This document shows positions 20,701 to 30,658 of a stretch of DNA of 64,000 nt, one piece after another. The notes beneath the pieces were generated by a model that made no database searches, was not told the DNA's origin, and was given only the letters and a program-made list of their open reading frames with translations. This DNA is from Vulcanimicrobiota bacterium (GTDB taxonomy: Bacteria; Vulcanimicrobiota; Vulcanimicrobiia; Vulcanimicrobiales; Vulcanimicrobiaceae). The stretch covers positions 96,001 through 160,000 of the forward strand of contig CAWETW010000002.1 in NCBI GenBank assembly GCA_963812155.1. The letters are read 5' to 3'. Numbering within the stretch: position 1 is the stretch's first letter; each line of letters opens with the position of its first letter. The position numbers and the translations under genes are program-made.

Positions 20701-20738
20701 GGCACCGCCTCTTCGACCGACGCCGCCGAAGCCCCCGG

Positions 20739-20776
20739 AATAGCAAGAGGACCCGCCGTTTGGCGAGTCCCCTTGC
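20739..20776 (-). terminator. 15-bp hairpin with weak U tail (terminator/attenuator candidate)
   Basis: GCAAGGGGACUCGCC-AAAC-GGCGGGUCCUCUUGC-UAUU. Confidence 0.55.
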
Positions 20777-20898
20777 CGTCGCGTATGCGCAATGCCCTTT
20801 TTGTCGGGTTCGCGCATACCGGGTGTGGGCGACGCTTGTGTTGACGCTTCGCGCTCGCTCTTAGCCCACGTGAGCGGCGCACGTGTCGTTCAGACAGT
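20740..20898 (-). ncRNA. Candidate structured leader RNA/sRNA
   Basis: Three consecutive hairpins and a 6-bp loop complement between a sigma70-type promoter and DUF5693. Confidence 0.5.
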
Positions 20899-20903
20899 TC
20901 ACT

Positions 20904-20929
20904 AAACTAACCAAAAAATGGCACTTTTG

Positions 20930-20933
<4 letters not shown>
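20904..20933 (-). promoter_or_regulatory. Sigma70-type promoter
   Basis: TTGACA-N18-TAGTTT in an AT-rich patch; -35 overlaps the enoyl-CoA hydratase stop codon. Confidence 0.65.
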
Positions 20934-21694
<761 letters not shown>

Positions 21695-21788
21695 GGAGCG
21701 TGGTCTTAGCTTCCCCCGGGGGGTGGGCCTTCAGCGATGCGGTTCGCGAGGGCATCGTCATTCGCTGCCGTGTACGGGCTGAGTGAAT

Positions 21789-22550
21789 TCAAGCTAGCGC
21801 TTCTTTCTCTCTGAAAAACGCGCCGGCCGCGGCCACAGCCTGTGGCCACAGGCGATCGTCGGAACGCCAACCGCGCAGGAGGAGCGTCACGGGATTCCAA
21901 GCACCGCTCAGATTCAAATGATTCGCATTTCGTCCATCAATAAAGCCGTGTGGAAGTAGGCCGTACAGCGTGGCAGACTCAACGGGAACCACGCCATCGG
22001 AGTTGTTGCCATACCGCGGTACGCGCCCGGCGAGATTGAAGATGGGCACGTCTGTGGGCGCTACCCACGGGGGTTTGTCCAGCTTCCAGTGTTTCTCTTG
22101 GGTTCCGCCGGCTTCCCAATGACCGGGCGTCTTGTTTAACCAGGCCATGAACGGAGACTCTACATCCATGTCTTCAATTACGCTTTGCTCAAAGTGGATG
22201 CGCCGGAAGACCCCGCGTTGGTCGTCAGTAACGATGCCCGCGTTTGGAGCTGCCAACTGAAAAATGGCCGAGACGCGCGACTCGGGATACGCACGCAGCA
22301 GCCCGCGTGCCGTCAGCCCTCCGGCGCTGTATCCGAAAAGCGCTACCATTGAGATGGTAGAATCGGCCGCCTGAAGACCATCAATGAATCGCGACAATTG
22401 ATCGATGCGGTCGCTAAGGGATCCGGTTCCCCCATCAAAGACGGTGCACTCGAATCCGGCAGCTGAAAGTCCCGGCAGCCCGTGACGGCCGTCCGCAAAG
22501 ACGGCCATCTTGTCGGCTCCTTCATTCCAGCCTGGAATTAACACTACCAT
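21789..22550 (-). CDS. Alpha/beta hydrolase (lipase/esterase-like)
   Basis: GYSAGG nucleophile elbow, SDGVV, NH; ATG at 22550. Confidence 0.75.
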   Translation of the reverse strand: MVVLIPGWNEGADKMAVFADGRHGLPGLSAAGFECTVFDGGTGSLSDRIDQLSRFIDGLQAADSTISMVALFGYSAGGLTARGLLRAYPESRVSAIFQLAAPNAGIVTDDQRGVFRRIHFEQSVIEDMDVESPFMAWLNKTPGHWEAGGTQEKHWKLDKPPWVAPTDVPIFNLAGRVPRYGNNSDGVVPVESATLYGLLPHGFIDGRNANHLNLSGAWNPVTLLLRGWRSDDRLWPQAVAAAGAFFREKEALA

Positions 22551-22686
22551 TGACAAACGTTTTGGGCCGAAGCAGGACGTTGAGCGAGACGGACTTTCAA
22601 TGTGGCCTCCGTTTACCCACCGGCCCCGCCAAAACGCATAGCCGAGACCTTTTCGGGTATACGGAACTTGAAGGGGGACTGCCAAC

Positions 22687-22809
22687 ATGCCATGTAAGGG
22701 TGAAGACTGCAAGTGTCAAGCGACGAGTGGTGAGTACTGCAGCGACGCCTGCAAATCGTCGACAGGTCACGGCCATTGTCATTGCGGGCACGCTGCCTGC
22801 AGTACGTAG
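22687..22809 (+). CDS. Bacterial metallothionein-like protein (40 aa)
   Basis: MPCKGEDCKCQATSGEYCSDACKSSTGHGHCHCGHAACST; 8 Cys, 4 His; AAGGGGG RBS; terminator downstream. Confidence 0.82.
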   Translation: MPCKGEDCKCQATSGEYCSDACKSSTGHGHCHCGHAACST

Positions 22810-22866
22810 ACTCCCAGTCGATGGGGTTGAACTGTAAGCCGTTTCCAGGAGTAATCTGGAATCCGT

Positions 22867-22907
22867 AGAGCGGCTGCCTGGCTTCTAGGCAGTCGCTCTG
22901 TTTTCTT
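22867..22907 (+). terminator. Rho-independent terminator after the metallothionein gene
   Basis: AGAGCGGCTGCCTG-gcttc-TAGGCAGTCGCTCT followed by GTTTTCTT. Confidence 0.75.
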
Positions 22908-22948
22908 AAGTATCCCTGACCGGGAAGGTTGCTTCCTAATCAGTTGGG

Positions 22949-23024
22949 TGGTGGGCGATGACGGGCTCGAACCGCCGACATCCTCCTTGTAAGGGAGGCG
23001 CTCTCCCAGCTGAGCTAATCGCCC
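22949..23024 (-). tRNA. tRNA-Val(TAC)
   Basis: 76 nt GGGCGATTAGCTCAG...CTTACAA...GGTTCGAGCCC...GCCCACCA, encoded CCA. Confidence 0.97.
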
Positions 23025-23028
23025 GTTC

Positions 23029-23074
23029 GTCCTTCGACTACGCATCGCTTCGCGATGCTCCGCTCAGGATGACA
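23029..23074. repeat. REP-like palindromic element
   Basis: Minus strand GTCATCCTGAGCGGA-GCATCGC-gaa-GCGATGC-GTAGTCGAAGGAC; single copy in window. Confidence 0.5.
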
Positions 23075-23077
23075 TGA

Positions 23078-24424
23078 TTACGGTAACGCGGAGGTGTACG
23101 GCTTGTCCGCGATTTTCTTCTGCAGCAGCGCAACGGCGGCGCGCAGTTGCGCGTCGCGATCGACGTCCCCGTAACGGGCATCCTTGTTCTCGTCGACGAG
23201 AAGGTCGGGTTCGATGCCGCGCAAGTTGATGTCGCGGCGGCGCGGCGTGAGGTAGTGCGCGGTCGTAATTTTAATTGCGGCGCCGTCGGGAAGCGGCGTG
23301 AGCGTTTGCATCACGCCCTTGCCGAACGTCTTGACGCCGACCAGCGGACCGACGCCGTCGTCTTGCAGCGCACCGGCAGTGATCTCCGACGCCGACGCCG
23401 TGTATTGGTTGACGAGCACGCTCACCGGAATCGTCACCGATTCCTCGTTGCCGGCGTCGATCGTCGTTGCGTGATCGCCGCGCTCTTCGACGGTCAACAG
23501 CGCTTTGTTGACGACGAAGCGGCGGCTGATGAGCAACGCCGAATCGACGTAACCTCCGCCGTCGTTACGCAAATCGAGCACGACGGCTTTGGCGTTCTGA
23601 TCCTTTAGGCGCGCGATCGCTGTGTCGAACTCGCTCGGCGTCGCCTTTCCGAAAGCCATCACGTAGACGTAGCCGACGTCGCCCGGCAGCATTTTGAAAA
23701 CGACCGTCGGCGGCTGCACCTCTTCGCGCGTGATCGTATACGCCGCGTCGGGCGATCCGGTGCGCATCACCGACACCGCCACCGTGGATCCGGCACGGCC
23801 GCGCAGCAGTTTGCTCGCGTCGACCACGCTCAAACCTTTGGTCGTCGTCGAATCGATCGCGGTCAGCACGTCGCCGCCGCGCAAACCGGCACGATCGGCC
23901 GGCGTCTCCGGAACGACGTAGGTGAGCCGCAGGTAGCCCGATGCGGCGTCCGGCTCGATCATGACGCCGATGCCGCTGATGCGTTCGGGATCGAGCGCTT
24001 CGTTAAACTGCTTGAACTCGTCGGGTGTAAAGAACTGCGTGTACCGGTCCCCCAGCGATCGCGTCATCGCGGCGATCGCCGCGTACGCAAACGTGGTTGC
24101 GTTCCCGTGGCTGGCCGCCGCCGACGACGCGATCGCTTCGTCGAGTGCGGAGAGCGTGGCCTCGGTGTCGTTTTGCACTTTGAGCGCCGGTGGAGCAATG
24201 GTCGATCCCTGCTTGCGCGCCTGGTCCGACAGCGCGTCGCTCGCGGCTGCAAGCAACGTCTGCTGGCTGACCGGGCGGTACGCACTCGACATCAACAGGC
24301 GGTAACTCTCGTGCACGTCGCCGGCGACTTGTGTCGGCAGCGGCGGCGCCGCCGCACCCATGCAGAAAACGGCGAGGACTATGAGCGCGCCGCAGGCGCG
24401 TGTCCCAATGGACTGACTCGGCAT
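23078..24424 (-). CDS. ctpA: S41 carboxyl-terminal processing protease with PDZ domain
   Basis: SGIGV, DLRNDGGG, TASASEI, TFGKGVMQ, GIEPD. Confidence 0.9.
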   Translation of the reverse strand: MPSQSIGTRACGALIVLAVFCMGAAAPPLPTQVAGDVHESYRLLMSSAYRPVSQQTLLAAASDALSDQARKQGSTIAPPALKVQNDTEATLSALDEAIASSAAASHGNATTFAYAAIAAMTRSLGDRYTQFFTPDEFKQFNEALDPERISGIGVMIEPDAASGYLRLTYVVPETPADRAGLRGGDVLTAIDSTTTKGLSVVDASKLLRGRAGSTVAVSVMRTGSPDAAYTITREEVQPPTVVFKMLPGDVGYVYVMAFGKATPSEFDTAIARLKDQNAKAVVLDLRNDGGGYVDSALLISRRFVVNKALLTVEERGDHATTIDAGNEESVTIPVSVLVNQYTASASEITAGALQDDGVGPLVGVKTFGKGVMQTLTPLPDGAAIKITTAHYLTPRRRDINLRGIEPDLLVDENKDARYGDVDRDAQLRAAVALLQKKIADKPYTSALP

Positions 24425-24490
24425 CGTATCTCCTCTTTACCGTCGAAACGCGTCCGACACCTCGTCCGTTACCGTTGGCTTTAGAAACGT

Positions 24491-25444
24491 TTAATGCGCG
24501 CTCGCTCGCCGCAGCCGATCCATGATGGCGACTCCCAATCCGGCCTCGGGGACCGTCTCGGCATCGATGCGATCGAGCCCTAGGCCGTCGAGTTCGTGCA
24601 AGGCCTCGAACAGGCGCGCCGCCGCTTCGCGCAAATCGCCGGTTTCCGAGAGCACACGGTGTTGCGCGTACCCCGCCGCCGGGCGCATGAAGCCCAAGAA
24701 GCCGGCCTCTGCCCGGCCTTCGATGCGGCTCCCCCCGGCCTCGACCAGACGCAGCGGGGTTCGCGGCGCGTAATGGTGCGCGAGTTGTCCCGGCGCGACC
24801 GGCATCTCCGCATCCGATCGACCGAGCGTCACCTCGGGCAGCAGCGCCGCCAGAGCTTCGAGCGGCACCGCGCCGGGGCGCAACACGCGCACCCCCGAGT
24901 CGAACGCAACGATCGTCGACTCGACGCCGTGTTCGCACGCGCCCCCGTCGAGGATGAGGTCGGGATCGTCGCCCAGCTGGCCGGCAACGTGCGCGGCGCG
25001 CGTCGGCGAGAGGCTGCCGAAGCGGTTCGCCGAGGGCGCCGCCAAGGGAACTCCCGCGAGTTCGAGCAGCGAGCGCGCGACCGGATGCGCCGGCATGCGT
25101 ACCGCGACGGTCGATAGTCCGGACGTCACGAGCCCCGGAATCGCTGCCGCTTTCGGAAGCACGAGCGTCAGCGGTCCGGGCCAAAAGCGCGCGATCAGCG
25201 CGCGTGCCGCGTCGGGAATCCCGGCGGCAACTCGCGCGAGCATCGCCTCGTCGAGCACGTGAACGATCAGTGGATCGAACGAGGGGCGCCGCTTGATTTC
25301 GTAGACGCGCGCGACGGCGCGTGCATCGAACGCGTTAGCTGCGAGTCCGTAGACGGTTTCGGTAGGAATCGCTACGACGCCGCCGTCGCGCAGCAATTCC
25401 GCCGCGCGCTCGAGATTCTGCAGCGATGGTGAAACGATCGGCAC
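24491..25444 (-). CDS. sua5: Threonylcarbamoyl-AMP synthase Sua5
   Basis: PTETVYGL, K.RP.FDPLIVH, FWPGPLT, AAPSAN, GVESTI, PGQLAHHYAP. Confidence 0.93.
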   Translation of the reverse strand: MPIVSPSLQNLERAAELLRDGGVVAIPTETVYGLAANAFDARAVARVYEIKRRPSFDPLIVHVLDEAMLARVAAGIPDAARALIARFWPGPLTLVLPKAAAIPGLVTSGLSTVAVRMPAHPVARSLLELAGVPLAAPSANRFGSLSPTRAAHVAGQLGDDPDLILDGGACEHGVESTIVAFDSGVRVLRPGAVPLEALAALLPEVTLGRSDAEMPVAPGQLAHHYAPRTPLRLVEAGGSRIEGRAEAGFLGFMRPAAGYAQHRVLSETGDLREAAARLFEALHELDGLGLDRIDAETVPEAGLGVAIMDRLRRASAH

Positions 25445-25463
25445 GGCGTTCCTTCGGCAGCGC

Positions 25464-26339
25464 TTACGGAACGAGCAAGGTTCCCTCGCCGATGAAAACG
25501 GCGGTTCCGCCGATTTCGATCGCCTCGGGCTCGTCACCATTCCATCGAATCCGCACGTGAAGCACCGAGGGCCGCCCCATCGCGACGCCCTGATCGGTGA
25601 CGAAGCGTTCTTTGCGCGCGAGCGCGCCGCACCTCGAAAGATACGCGTACAGCGGTCCCGTGGCGCTTCCCGTCGCCGGATCTTCGACGATGCCCGACAT
25701 CGGCGCGAACATGCGGCTATACGTGCCGCCGTCGGTCTGCGCAAAGCAATAGACGCCGTTGATGTCGCTCCATCCGACCTGTTCGCGCACCGCCGTAACG
25801 TCGAGTTCGGCGCGGTCGACGGCCGCTTTACCCGCAAGTCCCACGTATAGGAAAGGATTGCCCGCGCCCGCCATCTGCGGCACGAGATCGCCTCGTACGT
25901 CGGCAATCCCTAAACCGAGGATGGACGCCGCATCCTCACGAGCGATCTCGCGCCCGAACGTCACCGCCGGCGTCGTCAACCAGGCGGTCGTCGCGGTCCC
26001 GCGCTCGACGCGAATCGGAACGTCGCCGATGCCGAGCCGAAGCGTAAACGAGGCTTGATCGGGGCGGATCCATTCGAGACGATCGGTCAGGGCGATTGCC
26101 GTACCGATGGTGGGATGTCCGGCGAACTGCATCTCGCGCGCCGGCGTAAAGATGCGCAGCTTCGCCGCCGGGCCGTCTTCCGCGCGCGTCACGAACACCG
26201 TTTCCGAAAGATTCAGTTCGCGTGCAATTCGATGCATCGTCTCGTCGTCGAAAACGGCGTCCGGAAAAATCGCCAAGGGATTCCCCGCGAAGGCGCGGTC
26301 GGTGAATACGTCAAACAGCAAGTACGGAGCATTCGCCAT
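25464..26339 (-). CDS. PhzF family isomerase
   Basis: [36 protein letters not shown]. Confidence 0.92.
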   Translation of the reverse strand: MANAPYLLFDVFTDRAFAGNPLAIFPDAVFDDETMHRIARELNLSETVFVTRAEDGPAAKLRIFTPAREMQFAGHPTIGTAIALTDRLEWIRPDQASFTLRLGIGDVPIRVERGTATTAWLTTPAVTFGREIAREDAASILGLGIADVRGDLVPQMAGAGNPFLYVGLAGKAAVDRAELDVTAVREQVGWSDINGVYCFAQTDGGTYSRMFAPMSGIVEDPATGSATGPLYAYLSRCGALARKERFVTDQGVAMGRPSVLHVRIRWNGDEPEAIEIGGTAVFIGEGTLLVP

Positions 26340-26398
26340 GTCTCGTTACTAAATGGCGGAGCGCGGTCCGGCGCTCCTGCCGGAGGAATCGCGTCTCA

Positions 26399-27742
26399 AT
26401 GCAGGTTCGTCGCCTCACGTTCGTTGCCGCGCTGGCCGCCGCAGGCTGCTCCGGCGGCGGCGGCTCCGGAGCAAGCGCCCCCGCCGCGCCGCCGGTCGCC
26501 GTCCCGACGCCGACGCCGACGCCGACGCAGCATCGGAAGATCGAGCACGTCATCATCGTCATTCAAGAAAACCGCAGCTTCGACAATTTCTTTTCGACGT
26601 ATCCGGGCGCCGACGGCACTGCCTACGGCAAAACGCACACCGGCGGCTCCGTCGCTATGGTGAAGAGTCCCCTCGTCACGCGCGACGTCGGTCACTCCTA
26701 CGCAACCTTTTCCAACGAGTACGATCGCGGAAAGATGGACGGATTCGACAGCGTTCACTTTTCGTCGGGCGGTACCACCGGCAACTACATTTTCCGGTAC
26801 GTGGACCCGCGCGACATCGCACCGTACTGGACCATGGCTCGCCGCTACGTCCTCGCCGATCACATGTTTCAAACGCAGGGCAGCGGCAGTTTCACCGGTC
26901 ACCAGGATCTCATCGCCGGCAGCACCGCGATTAACGATGACGAAAGCCTGGTCGACTTTCCGTCGGCCATCCCGTGGGGCTGCGACGCGCCCGATGGAAC
27001 CACCACGTCGCTCTTGACGCGAAACCGCGGATACGTGCACCGCGGCGGACCGTTCCCGTGCCTGAGCTATCCCACGCTGCGAGACCTCCTCGATGGCGCA
27101 AAGTTATCGTGGAAATATTACGTTCCACCGTTTCGTCCCGGAACGTACGGACAGATCTGGAACGCGTTCGACGCGATTCACGCCGTCCGTTATAGCGCGG
27201 AGTGGCATAACAACATCTCGTCACCGAATACGAACTTCTTCCGGGATATTAAAGCGAATAGATTACCGGCGGTATCGTGGGTGGTTCCGATTGCGTCGAA
27301 CTCCGACCATCCGGGCGGCGGCGGCACGACCGGGCCGTCGTGGGTTGCGTCGATCGTCAATGCTGTGGGATCCAGCCGGTATTGGGAAAGCAGCGCGATC
27401 GTCGTCGTATGGGACGACTGGGGCGGACTTTACGATCACGAGCGGCCGCCGCAGATCGACTACCAGGGATTAGGTTTTCGGGTGCCCTGTCTCATCGTGT
27501 CGCCGTACGCACGCAGCGGATACGTGACGCACACGCAGTACGAGTTCGCGAGCATTTTGAAATTCATCGAAGACAATTGGGCGCTCGGACGCATCAATGG
27601 AAACGACCAGCGCGCCGCCAGCATCGGCGACGCGTTCGACTTCACGCAGACGCCGCGCCGCTTTTCTCCGATTCCCGCAGCCTTCGGCGAATCGTTCTTC
27701 ATGCGACAGCCGCCGTCCGACGAGCCGGTAGACACCGAATAA
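26399..27742 (+). CDS. Secreted phosphoesterase (phospholipase C/AcpA-like) lipoprotein, paralog 1
   Basis: AAGC lipobox, QENRSFDN, GKMDGF, WDDWGG.YDH, GLGFRVP. Confidence 0.88.
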   Translation: MQVRRLTFVAALAAAGCSGGGGSGASAPAAPPVAVPTPTPTPTQHRKIEHVIIVIQENRSFDNFFSTYPGADGTAYGKTHTGGSVAMVKSPLVTRDVGHSYATFSNEYDRGKMDGFDSVHFSSGGTTGNYIFRYVDPRDIAPYWTMARRYVLADHMFQTQGSGSFTGHQDLIAGSTAINDDESLVDFPSAIPWGCDAPDGTTTSLLTRNRGYVHRGGPFPCLSYPTLRDLLDGAKLSWKYYVPPFRPGTYGQIWNAFDAIHAVRYSAEWHNNISSPNTNFFRDIKANRLPAVSWVVPIASNSDHPGGGGTTGPSWVASIVNAVGSSRYWESSAIVVVWDDWGGLYDHERPPQIDYQGLGFRVPCLIVSPYARSGYVTHTQYEFASILKFIEDNWALGRINGNDQRAASIGDAFDFTQTPRRFSPIPAAFGESFFMRQPPSDEPVDTE

Positions 27743-27814
27743 GCGCGAAGCGACCACGGTCAACAATCGCGTCTGCAAGAGGGAATCGAGCGAAACGCGC
27801 GATAGGGCGTACGC

Positions 27815-29161
27815 ATGACACGTGTCTCGCGCGCAGTATGCTTCGTCGTCGCCGCTGCGATGAGCGGGTGCGGAGCTGGAAGCGGCCCAAGCGGCTCGAT
27901 GCCGGGCCTGCCGCAGATGTCGACTGCATTCCCGAATTCGCCGCCGCCGGGAAACCAAAAGATCAAGCACGTCGTCATCGTGATTCAGGAGAATCGCAGC
28001 TTCGACAATTTGTTCGCCACGTTTCCGGGCGCAGACGGCACGACGGTGGGCCTCCTGCACACCGGAAAGCACTTTAAACTCATTAAAGGAACGTTGCGGG
28101 GCAAAGAGCTGAATCACATGCGTTCCGGCTATCGCACCGAATACGACGGCGGCAAAATGGACGGCTTCGACCTCATCGGTTTCGGATCGAGCGGAAACGA
28201 CGGGCCCGCGGGCCGCTATCCCCTGCGCTACGTCAATCCGGCCGATATTGCGCCCTATTGGACGATGGCTAAAGATTACTCGCTCGCCGACCACATGTTT
28301 CAGACGCAAGGCAGCGGCAGTTTCACCGCCCATCAAGAACTGATCGCGGGCGGCACGGCATTCGCGCCGACCAAGAGCCTAATCGACTTTCCTTCGGGGG
28401 GACCGTGGGGATGCGATGCTCCGTCGAAAACGGTCACGACCTACATCACGACGTCCGGCGAATTCTTTTTCAATAAAGGGCCCTTCCCGTGTTTGAGCTA
28501 CAAGACGATGGCCGACGTGCTCGATCCGAAGGGCCTGTCGTGGAAGTATTACGTGCCGCCGTTGCTCGTGCCGGGGAGCAGCGGTTTTCTTTGGAACGCG
28601 TTCGACGCGATCAAAAAAGTTCGCTACGGAGCCGACTGGGCGAACGTCATTTCACCGGAGACCGACGTTTTCGACGATGTGAAACATAATCGGCTTCCCG
28701 CCGTTTCATGGGTCGTTCCGTGCGGACAAAACTCCGACCACGCGGCCGGCACGGACACGGGGCCGTCGTGGGTTGCCGCCATCGTTAATACGATCGGCCA
28801 CAGCCCGGCGTGGTCGAGCACGGCGATTATCGTGGTATGGGACGATTGGGGCGGCTACTACGACCACGTTCCGCCGGCGTTCATCGACGATCAGGGCGGT
28901 CTCGGTTTTCGCGTACCGATGATCGTCATTTCGCCCTACTCGAAAAGCGTCGGGTACATCTCGCACACGCAGTATGAGTTCGGGAGCATCCTGCGCTTCG
29001 TCGAAGACAACTGGGGTCTCCAGCGGCTCGGCTCGACCGACGTGCGAGCGACGAGCATCGGAGATATGTTCGATTTCACGAAACCGGCGCGTGCGTTTAC
29101 GACGATACCGGCGCGCGGCTATCATACGTGTCCGCAAGGCGATCCGCCCGACGATGCGTAG
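27815..29161 (+). CDS. Secreted phosphoesterase lipoprotein, paralog 2
   Basis: MSGC lipobox, QENRSFDN, GKMDGF, WDDWGGYYDH, GLGFRVP. Confidence 0.88.
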   Translation: MTRVSRAVCFVVAAAMSGCGAGSGPSGSMPGLPQMSTAFPNSPPPGNQKIKHVVIVIQENRSFDNLFATFPGADGTTVGLLHTGKHFKLIKGTLRGKELNHMRSGYRTEYDGGKMDGFDLIGFGSSGNDGPAGRYPLRYVNPADIAPYWTMAKDYSLADHMFQTQGSGSFTAHQELIAGGTAFAPTKSLIDFPSGGPWGCDAPSKTVTTYITTSGEFFFNKGPFPCLSYKTMADVLDPKGLSWKYYVPPLLVPGSSGFLWNAFDAIKKVRYGADWANVISPETDVFDDVKHNRLPAVSWVVPCGQNSDHAAGTDTGPSWVAAIVNTIGHSPAWSSTAIIVVWDDWGGYYDHVPPAFIDDQGGLGFRVPMIVISPYSKSVGYISHTQYEFGSILRFVEDNWGLQRLGSTDVRATSIGDMFDFTKPARAFTTIPARGYHTCPQGDPPDDA

Positions 29162-29202
29162 CGTCGTGCACGAACGCACGGCAGGCTACCGTGCGGTGAA
29201 GA

Positions 29203-29237
29203 TAACCGCAATCACCGCATGGCGGTGACTACGGTTA
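29203..29237. promoter_or_regulatory. 35-bp near-perfect palindrome upstream of the type III PKS
   Basis: TAACCG-caa-TCACCGC-atg-GCGGTGA-cta-CGGTTA. Confidence 0.5.
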
Positions 29238-29313
29238 CGTATGGTGCGGTTCGCGCTGGCGAAATACGACTCGAGCAGGCTTGCCGGGCACGGAAAGCAA
29301 AGATAGCGGCGTC

Positions 29314-30585
29314 ATGACCCCCGCGAGCACGCTTCTCGGCTCGGCTCAGCCCCGCACTCTCACACGCGATGCCGGCACCATTCCACAGATCGCCGAAACG
29401 CGTTCGGTACCGGTCGTTCTCGCCGATTTTCAGCGCGTCGTCTTGTCGCCGCTCTTGCCGCAAGACGAACTCAAACGCATTCAAGTGCACTTCATGACGA
29501 TCGCGCAAAGCGCCAAACGCGGCGTGACCGGCAAAAGCGAGCGCGAAGAACTGCATCGTACGATCTCGGAGCGCATGGCACGCTACGGTGCCTCCTCGAC
29601 GCACATCTCGCAACGCCAAGTCGGCGTACTGCATTCGGAGTTCGTCGTGCACGCCGGTGACGCCGGGCCGGGATCGTACGGGGATTTGCGCGTCGCGACC
29701 GGGGAGCCGCTCGACGCGCGCATGACGCTGTTCGAACAGACGGCCTGCAACGTGCTCGAGCGCGTATACGATGATTCGGCGACGCCGCCGGACGGCATCG
29801 TTCACGTGACGTGCTCGGGATACGTCTCGCCGAGCCCCGTGCAGATGTACTTGTCGCGACGCGGCTGGTTGACCACCTCGGTGACGCATTCGTATCACAT
29901 GGGATGCTACGGCGCGTTCCCGGCGGTGCGCACGGCGCTCGGACTGGTCGGTTCGTCGTATTCGTCGCTGCCGACGCCGAGCAAACGCGTGGATCTCGTG
30001 CATACCGAGTTTCTGTCGCTGCACTTCGATCTGCTCGGTGAGCAACCGGATGCATTCGTGACGTCGACGCTTTTTGCCGACGGCTTCATCAAGTATTCGG
30101 CTTATCCCCAAGCCGAGTTCGCCAAGCGCGACGGACGAGGTTTGCGCGTGTTGGCGTTCGAGGAGCGGATTCTGCCGGATTCGTTGCCGGAAATGACGTT
30201 GCGGCCCGGTCCGCTGCAGTTCGACATGTCGCTCTCGAAGCGCGTACCGTTTTTGATCCGCGACTCGATCGCCGACTTCGTCGTTTCGGTGTCGGCACAG
30301 GCCGGTCTCGATTTCGAGCGCGAGAAGTCGCGCATGATCTTCGCAATTCATCCCGGCGGCCCGGCGATTCTCACGCAAATCCGCAACCGGCTCGGGATCG
30401 ACGAATCGCAAATCGCGCTCAGCCGGCAAATTTTGTTCGAAAACGGCAATATGGCGTCGGCGACCGCGCCGCACATCTGGGAGCAGATCACCGCATCCGA
30501 CGACATCCCGGTCGGATGCAAGATTCTCACGATGGCATTCGGCCCGGGGTTGACCGTCATCGGCGCCGTCTTCGAAAAGGTGTAA
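29314..30585 (+). CDS. Type III polyketide synthase (chalcone synthase-like)
   Basis: HVTCSGY, HMGCYGA (Cys), LFADG, AIHPGG (His), GNMAS (Asn), AFGPGLT. Confidence 0.88.
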   Translation: MTPASTLLGSAQPRTLTRDAGTIPQIAETRSVPVVLADFQRVVLSPLLPQDELKRIQVHFMTIAQSAKRGVTGKSEREELHRTISERMARYGASSTHISQRQVGVLHSEFVVHAGDAGPGSYGDLRVATGEPLDARMTLFEQTACNVLERVYDDSATPPDGIVHVTCSGYVSPSPVQMYLSRRGWLTTSVTHSYHMGCYGAFPAVRTALGLVGSSYSSLPTPSKRVDLVHTEFLSLHFDLLGEQPDAFVTSTLFADGFIKYSAYPQAEFAKRDGRGLRVLAFEERILPDSLPEMTLRPGPLQFDMSLSKRVPFLIRDSIADFVVSVSAQAGLDFEREKSRMIFAIHPGGPAILTQIRNRLGIDESQIALSRQILFENGNMASATAPHIWEQITASDDIPVGCKILTMAFGPGLTVIGAVFEKV

Positions 30586-30658
30586 GAAAGCCGCGATCCC
30601 CGCTCGGCGTCCGCTGCCCGGCATGGATTTCGGCGGTCCGCACAAAACCTGACGACCC

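Noticed and set aside
20700..20900. T-box or c-di-AMP riboswitch upstream of the ileS-containing operon
   Set aside because: No GGUGGNACC T-box; GAACCCGACA resembles part of the ydaO motif but the rest is absent
21715..21730. att duplication of the tRNA-Val 3' end
   Set aside because: Only about 7 bp match and no integrase; not enough to call a mobile element
22600..22665. SigB/SigF-like GGGTA(A/T) boxes (also near 35212 and 54061)
   Set aside because: -35 elements missing or wrongly spaced; too weak to call
25464..26339. Phenazine biosynthesis cluster
   Set aside because: Standalone PhzF-family gene with no phzA-E/G
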